From NCBI GenBank assembly GCA_021463645.1, contig JAJTYI010000009.1, positions 189,269-253,268 of the forward strand: 64,000 nucleotides of DNA, read 5' to 3'. This document shows, piece after piece, positions 59,046-64,000 of this stretch. How positions within the stretch are numbered: position 1 is the first letter of the stretch; each line of letters begins with the position of its first letter. This DNA comes from a bacterium (GTDB lineage: Bacteria; Patescibacteriota; Dojkabacteria; B142; OLB20). Position numbers and translations under genes: made by a program. Under the pieces are notes generated by a model. It ran no database searches. It was not told the DNA's origin and saw only the letters and a list, made by a program, of their open reading frames with translations.

Positions 59046-59873
59046 TTAGAGGAGGTGACCGTTAATCCCCCACTCTGCTAGGAGAAACAACATTACGAAG
59101 ATTAAGACTAATAACGAAACGTATTCCACCCAAATAAACTGACTTATGAATTCCCTTATCTCAAGAGCTATTCCAAGACATACGTAAAACACCAATATCA
59201 GCACAAGGGCTATATAAGTGGAATTTATGGGCCAGAGACTCAAAATGAATGTAAGTAATGCAATCAGTACACCAATATTTAATGATGCTATTATTCGTTG
59301 CCGTTTTGAGATTTTTATTGTCCAGAGGGTGATGTAGACTAACAAAAATGTTTCCAATAAAATAAACACTTCTCTAAAAACAAGAAAGATATCATTACTG
59401 AAAACCAAAAAGAAACTTATGTACGCAATTATCATAGTCAAGATAAATTGCGATGCCCTACCCGCTTGTCCTAAAGGAATTTCACGAATGTAAGAAACAT
59501 TTAAAACATTAACAGTAAGAAAAGTTATATAGACAAACACCCAGAAAAGAACAGCACTAAGTAGAACAAGACCTAGCTGTCCGAATTCAGAAAGTATCCC
59601 CGCTATTAGGATTTCGGACAAGAGGGATAAAGCGAATACGGTAATCGCTGGAAATAATAAAATAGTCACATATCTTTCTCCAGAAACTTTGAAATGAAGC
59701 ACCCAATAACATAGTACATATGCTACGAAACTCAAGATGAACGGCTTTATCGGGTCAAAACTGAGATTTATTGGCCAGATGGTGCGGAAGTCATATTGTT
59801 GAACTAAGAGAAACAAGAACGTAAGCAATGACGTTGTTATCATTATCCTAGATCTTGTATTTATCTTTGGCAT
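59046..59873 (-). CDS. Multi-pass membrane protein of unknown function
   Basis: About nine hydrophobic segments; LTVNVLNVS-x3-EIPL-x-QA motif; 2 nt downstream of ruvB. Confidence 0.8.
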   Translation of the reverse strand: MPKINTRSRIMITTSLLTFLFLLVQQYDFRTIWPINLSFDPIKPFILSFVAYVLCYWVLHFKVSGERYVTILLFPAITVFALSLLSEILIAGILSEFGQLGLVLLSAVLFWVFVYITFLTVNVLNVSYIREIPLGQAGRASQFILTMIIAYISFFLVFSNDIFLVFREVFILLETFLLVYITLWTIKISKRQRIIASLNIGVLIALLTFILSLWPINSTYIALVLILVFYVCLGIALEIREFISQFIWVEYVSLLVLIFVMLFLLAEWGINGHLL

Positions 59874-59875
59874 TT

Positions 59876-60868
59876 TTATAAATCTAATATTTCATATACT
59901 TTTTCCGTAACTACCCTACCCCTGGCTGTTCTCATAATAAAACCTTCTTTCAACAAAAATGGTTCATACACATTTTCGATTGTATCTCTATCCTCGGACA
60001 GTGACGCTGCTATTGTGTTTATACCAACAGGTCCTCCTTTGAAGTTTTTAACCATCACCTGCAAAATTTTCTTGTCTAGGCTGTCCAGACCAAAATTATC
60101 GATTCCCAACATATTTAATGTTTCTTTTACTGAGTTTACATCTATATTACTACTTGAATTGCTTTGCGCATAGTCTCTAACTCTTTTTAATAAACGTTGT
60201 GCAATTCGAGGAGTCCTTCTAGATCGTTTTGCTATTTCCTCAGAAGCTTTTTCATCTATCACAATATCTAATATTTTTGCTTTTTGTCTTATTAGCGATG
60301 CTAAATCTTCATAACCATAATAATCCAAGTGCATATCTACACCAAACCTATCTCTTAAAGGGGAACTCAACATCCCTACTCTAGTTGTGGCACCTATCAA
60401 TGAGAATTTATTTAATTCCAACTTTAATGTCCTAGCTGAAGGACCCTTGCCAATGACTATGTCAATCGTACTATCCTCCATTGCTGAATACAAGATTTCC
60501 TCCAATGATCTATTTAGTCGATGAATTTCATCGATAAATAAAATCGCCTTATCTTCAAGGTTGCTTAATATGGCAGCCAAGTCAGCTTTTCTCTCAATTG
60601 CTGGCCCTGAGGTAGTATAAATAGGTACATTTGCTTCGTTAGCTATAACATATGCCAAGGAAGTTTTTCCAAGTCCAGGAGGACCATGAAGAAGAACATG
60701 ATCAATCGGTTCATTTCGCATTTTAGCAGCATCGATTAGAATCTTAAGATTGTCGACCTCGCGCTTTCGACCTATAACATCCTTAAAAAGTTTAGGACGA
60801 AGGGATCTATCGAAGAGCACCAACTCTTCATCACTCTCTGATTCTGCATTTATGATTCGATCGTTCAT
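59876..60868 (-). CDS. ruvB: Holliday junction branch migration ATPase RuvB
   Basis: SLRPK, HGPPGLGKTSLA, FIDEIHRL, GATTR, PLRDRFG, YEPFL, RTARGR. Confidence 0.97.
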   Translation of the reverse strand: MNDRIINAESESDEELVLFDRSLRPKLFKDVIGRKREVDNLKILIDAAKMRNEPIDHVLLHGPPGLGKTSLAYVIANEANVPIYTTSGPAIERKADLAAILSNLEDKAILFIDEIHRLNRSLEEILYSAMEDSTIDIVIGKGPSARTLKLELNKFSLIGATTRVGMLSSPLRDRFGVDMHLDYYGYEDLASLIRQKAKILDIVIDEKASEEIAKRSRRTPRIAQRLLKRVRDYAQSNSSSNIDVNSVKETLNMLGIDNFGLDSLDKKILQVMVKNFKGGPVGINTIAASLSEDRDTIENVYEPFLLKEGFIMRTARGRVVTEKVYEILDL

Positions 60869-61446
60869 TATTTATTTATGAATTTTAATGCAAACTTAAC
60901 TAATAATTCTAACTTTTCTTCAGTGTGATTCACACCATATTCCTTTATTATATCCCTGATTTCATCTTTACTTAAACCTAGATTCTGTAATGCTTGTTGA
61001 GCCTGGGTTTTGAATTCCTGTGATAAATTATTTTGACTTGTAAAACCTTCCCAAGTATATTTCTCCAGTTTAGATGTCATATCTATTATAATTCTCTGGG
61101 CTGTTTTCTTCCCTACCCCTTTTACAAGAAGTGTATCAATATTTTTATCGGCAATCGCGGACATAATGGATTCATAAGGTATTTGCTTGAGTATATTTTG
61201 TGCCAGTTTCGGACCTACTCCGGATATTCCTATCAAATCTACAAAAAGAGAATATTGATTCTTTGTATCCAATCCAAATAATCGTATTTCATTTTCTCTC
61301 ACATGAGTGTAAATGAAGAAAGATTTCTCTTCTCCAACAAGGAATTCATTCTGTATTGTCTCAACTCGATAACCTACATCTCCAACATCCAATATAATGA
61401 AGTCTGAAAATATATCCGTGATTGTACCTTTGAGTTTAGCGAACAT
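60868..61446 (-). CDS. ruvA: Holliday junction DNA-binding protein RuvA
   Basis: LDVGDVGY, YTHVRE, LFG, ISGVGPKLA, KGVGKKTAQRII. Confidence 0.95.
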   Translation of the reverse strand: MFAKLKGTITDIFSDFIILDVGDVGYRVETIQNEFLVGEEKSFFIYTHVRENEIRLFGLDTKNQYSLFVDLIGISGVGPKLAQNILKQIPYESIMSAIADKNIDTLLVKGVGKKTAQRIIIDMTSKLEKYTWEGFTSQNNLSQEFKTQAQQALQNLGLSKDEIRDIIKEYGVNHTEEKLELLVKFALKFINK

Positions 61447-61948
61447 GATTTGAATTAAGATGACATATCCCTACAGCTATGGCATCGGTAATGTCATCTA
61501 GCTTCGGAACAGCTTTTAATTTAAGTATTTTACCTACCATAAAAGCGACTTGATCCTTCTCTGCTCTTCCGTAGCCTGTTACAGCGGACTTAACTTGTAA
61601 GGGAGTGTAATTGAATACACCCAATTGATTCACGACACCAGAAAGTATAACCACCCCTCTTGCCTGACTAACTGTAATTACAGTTTTTTGATTCTTGAAA
61701 TAAAAAAGGTCTTCTATTGCCATAGTAGTTGGACTATATTCCTGGATTAGTCTTTCCAACTCTTCAAAAATACATTTAAGTCTCAAAGACATATCATCAT
61801 TTTTACTCGTCTGTATTGCACCGCTTGCAACATGTGTTAAATTATTACCCTTTTTGTCTATAATTGCCCAACCCGTGATAGCTGTCCCACAATCTATCGA
61901 GATTACCCTCTCCGTTTTACCATTTTGTGTTAGTAGGTCGGTGTGCAT
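61436..61948 (-). CDS. ruvC: Crossover junction endodeoxyribonuclease RuvC
   Basis: SIDCG-x3-TGW, AIEDLFY, QARGV, YTPLQVKSAVTGYGRAEK, DDITDAIA. Start taken as ATG 61948. Confidence 0.95.
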   Translation of the reverse strand: MHTDLLTQNGKTERVISIDCGTAITGWAIIDKKGNNLTHVASGAIQTSKNDDMSLRLKCIFEELERLIQEYSPTTMAIEDLFYFKNQKTVITVSQARGVVILSGVVNQLGVFNYTPLQVKSAVTGYGRAEKDQVAFMVGKILKLKAVPKLDDITDAIAVGICHLNSNHVR

Positions 61949-61950
61949 AA

Positions 61951-62742
61951 CTAATTGTTTGTCCAAACTGAATCAACATCGTCATGATCTTCTAAGTTTT
62001 GTACAAAATCGTTAATTTTATCTAAAGTCTTTTCATCATTAACTTCAACTTTCTCGTTTGGAACTTTTACTAATTCGGCTGACAAAATTTTATAATTTAA
62101 TTGTTCGATACTTTTTAATACCTTACTGAAATCTTCCTTCACTGTGATTAACTCAAAAGCATCAACCTCTTCATCATCAACTAACCACTCCACCTTGTTT
62201 AAATCTTCGATACCTTCTATTTCAAAAAGCTCAATTTCTGCATCCCCCGAATCAATCGCGAGGTAATCATTATCTTTTCCAAATTGCTTACTGGGTAATA
62301 TCTTAGTGAGTCCGACAATAATCAAACCTTTTTCGGTAAATTGCCAAGAAATACTACCCGTAGATGCCATCTTTCCACCATTAGTTTCAATCATATTTCT
62401 CACCTCTGATACAGTCCGATTCGTATTGTCAGTCTGACAATCCACCAAAACTGCAACTCCACCAGGACCAAGAGCTTCGTATGTTACTCTATGATAGACC
62501 ACTCCATCAGAACCCTTACCTGTCCCCTTGTCAATTGCTCTTTGTATGTTGTCAGAGGGCATATTGGCAACTTTCGCTTTATCCACTGCCAATCTGAGGG
62601 TAAAGTTCATCCCGATGTCTCCACCACCCTCTTTCGCGGCTAGAGTGATATTTTTTGCAAGTTTGGTGAAAAGATTACCCCTTTTGACATCATTTACACC
62701 TTTTTGTCTTTTGATTTTCGCCCATTTAGAGTGTCCCGACAT
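61951..62742 (-). CDS. YebC/PmpR family protein
   Basis: MSGHSKWAKIKRQKG, YEALGPGG, TDNTNRT, LEDHDDVDSVWTN; canonical position before ruvC. Confidence 0.96.
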   Translation of the reverse strand: MSGHSKWAKIKRQKGVNDVKRGNLFTKLAKNITLAAKEGGGDIGMNFTLRLAVDKAKVANMPSDNIQRAIDKGTGKGSDGVVYHRVTYEALGPGGVAVLVDCQTDNTNRTVSEVRNMIETNGGKMASTGSISWQFTEKGLIIVGLTKILPSKQFGKDNDYLAIDSGDAEIELFEIEGIEDLNKVEWLVDDEEVDAFELITVKEDFSKVLKSIEQLNYKILSAELVKVPNEKVEVNDEKTLDKINDFVQNLEDHDDVDSVWTNN

Positions 62743-62767
62743 GTAATTTGATTAATAATTAATATAT

Positions 62768-64000
62768 TTATTGTTTTCCAATTACTACAACAACCCTCCC
62801 TATGTGTCTATAATCATACTCTTCTTCAATAATTTTAACATCCTGACCGAAGATTTCTTTAAGATTTGTAAACGAATTTGGATATTCACTTGGACTTGGT
62901 GCATAAATAACTGTATCATCGCTTGCAAAAGGTGCATTACCTACGTGAATAACCTCCAGTCCTACATTTCCAACCCATCTTGAATACCTCTTTGCTCTAC
63001 CAGATTGTCCACTAGCATTTAGGACTTCAATGGTTGTTTGTTCAAAAACAGTCTGCTTATTCTCTAAAATCGAATTCGTGTTGTAGTCTAATTGAGCTTC
63101 ATTAACCCTGTATACATTATAAACACCAGCACGTCCGACCTCTGATAGTATATCACTTTTAGTTATTGCATAACTATAAGATGTGGGAGGTACTCTTCTG
63201 AGAAAGTAATACAGATAATAGATCTCATTTCGGGCGAGATTTGTATTAACCTCATCTTCGATAATTCTCAAGACCTCAGTGGTTCCAAGAATGAGTTTCG
63301 GGACATCTATACTTTGGACATACCTCTTGTATAATTCTAACTGTCTCTCCAGTTGTTTGTCTTCGCCATCATTATCACTTCTTACGTAATCCATAATTTG
63401 CTTACTTTGTATACTGTGTCTATCTTTTTGCCACTTAGCCGAACTATCATTTATGTATATATCGAGATCTTCTACATCACCTGAATTATTAAGGTGTATA
63501 GTTTTAGTATACTTCGACATTTTGTCAAAAAATACCTCGTCAACATAAATATACCTATCGATTTTTGTAGCTAATAATTCCTCTGCTAAACCGACAATAT
63601 TTCCATTTTTATTGTCAATCAAACCACGTCTTAATGAGATTTGTGACCCATCAATTAAATCATTAACCATAATGTCTGGGTTAATATTGATGATTCCAAC
63701 TTGATCGTACTCGGGATCAACTACAAGTAACGCAACTGCATCGACAAAAACATGTTCTTCACTTTTCCTATCTAATCCAACTAAGAGTACTTTAAATTTT
63801 TGACTGTAATCCCATTTTTGAGCGTCTTGATTGCCGAAGTTGGTATTTGGTTCAAACCTTAACATTGCATCTACTACAGGGGTTACCAGTGCGATAAAAA
63901 TAATTAGCATTGTCAAAAATATTCCAGAAAACACATAGCTGGAAGTTATTTTCATGCCAGACTTTGTTGTCTTTTTTCTTTTTACCCTATTCCGAAGACT
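62768..64000 (-). CDS. LCP (LytR-CpsA-Psr) family protein with LytR C-terminal domain, degenerate; 5' end probably outside the window
   Basis: TM helix, VLLVGLD, IDRYI, YVRS, ERQ, TNL, IEVLNASG, VVVVIG. The frame stays open (SLRNRVKRKKTTKSG) from the window edge to ATG 63955. Confidence 0.85.
   Translation of the reverse strand, partial: SLRNRVKRKKTTKSGMKITSSYVFSGIFLTMLIIFIALVTPVVDAMLRFEPNTNFGNQDAQKWDYSQKFKVLLVGLDRKSEEHVFVDAVALLVVDPEYDQVGIININPDIMVNDLIDGSQISLRRGLIDNKNGNIVGLAEELLATKIDRYIYVDEVFFDKMSKYTKTIHLNNSGDVEDLDIYINDSSAKWQKDRHSIQSKQIMDYVRSDNDGEDKQLERQLELYKRYVQSIDVPKLILGTTEVLRIIEDEVNTNLARNEIYYLYYFLRRVPPTSYSYAITKSDILSEVGRAGVYNVYRVNEAQLDYNTNSILENKQTVFEQTTIEVLNASGQSGRAKRYSRWVGNVGLEVIHVGNAPFASDDTVIYAPSPSEYPNSFTNLKEIFGQDVKIIEEEYDYRHIGRVVVVIGKQ

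Noticed and set aside
1199-62983. Numerous 60-200 aa ORFs antisense to or overlapping well-supported genes
   Set aside because: Shadow ORFs with no motifs, lying opposite or within confidently identified CDSs.
1-64000. CRISPR array, rRNA genes, IS transposases, alternative genetic code
   Set aside because: No regularly spaced repeats, rRNA-like tracts or transposase ORFs were seen. TGA terminates several conserved genes (for example nusB and rnc), consistent with code 11.

Overview
AT-rich bacterial chromosome segment. Gene content and style (lone MutL, FemABX, CPR-type type IV pilus locus, few Shine-Dalgarno sites, almost no core biosynthesis) suggest Patescibacteria/CPR, possibly Dojkabacteria-like; this is inference. 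Most of the window is housekeeping: murB end, mutL, clpP, thrS-infC-rpmI-rplT-pheST, a class A PBP, pepF, tyrS, recG, uppP, rsmD, rpmF, nusB, rnc, rpsP, a pil cluster, holB, gyrBA, xer and ruvABC. Five things stand out. (1) An intact tRNA-Val(GAC) is nested inside a second, fragmented tRNA-Val(GAC) that is interrupted by four structured insertions; a partly similar arrangement surrounds tRNA-Ser(TGA). (2) The ThrRS at the canonical thrS locus has a degenerate aminoacylation site but an intact editing site. (3) A four-gene amino-acid-modifying operon (class III aminotransferase, Glu-Cys-ligase-family enzyme, NSAR/OSBS enolase, class I/II aminotransferase) lies behind a textbook-looking leader-peptide attenuator. 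(4) A second attenuator-like leader with three Cys codons precedes a Gre factor with a Gfh1-like tip. (5) A dif-like site lies upstream of the Xer gene. All calls come from reading the sequence by eye; no searches or folding programs were run.
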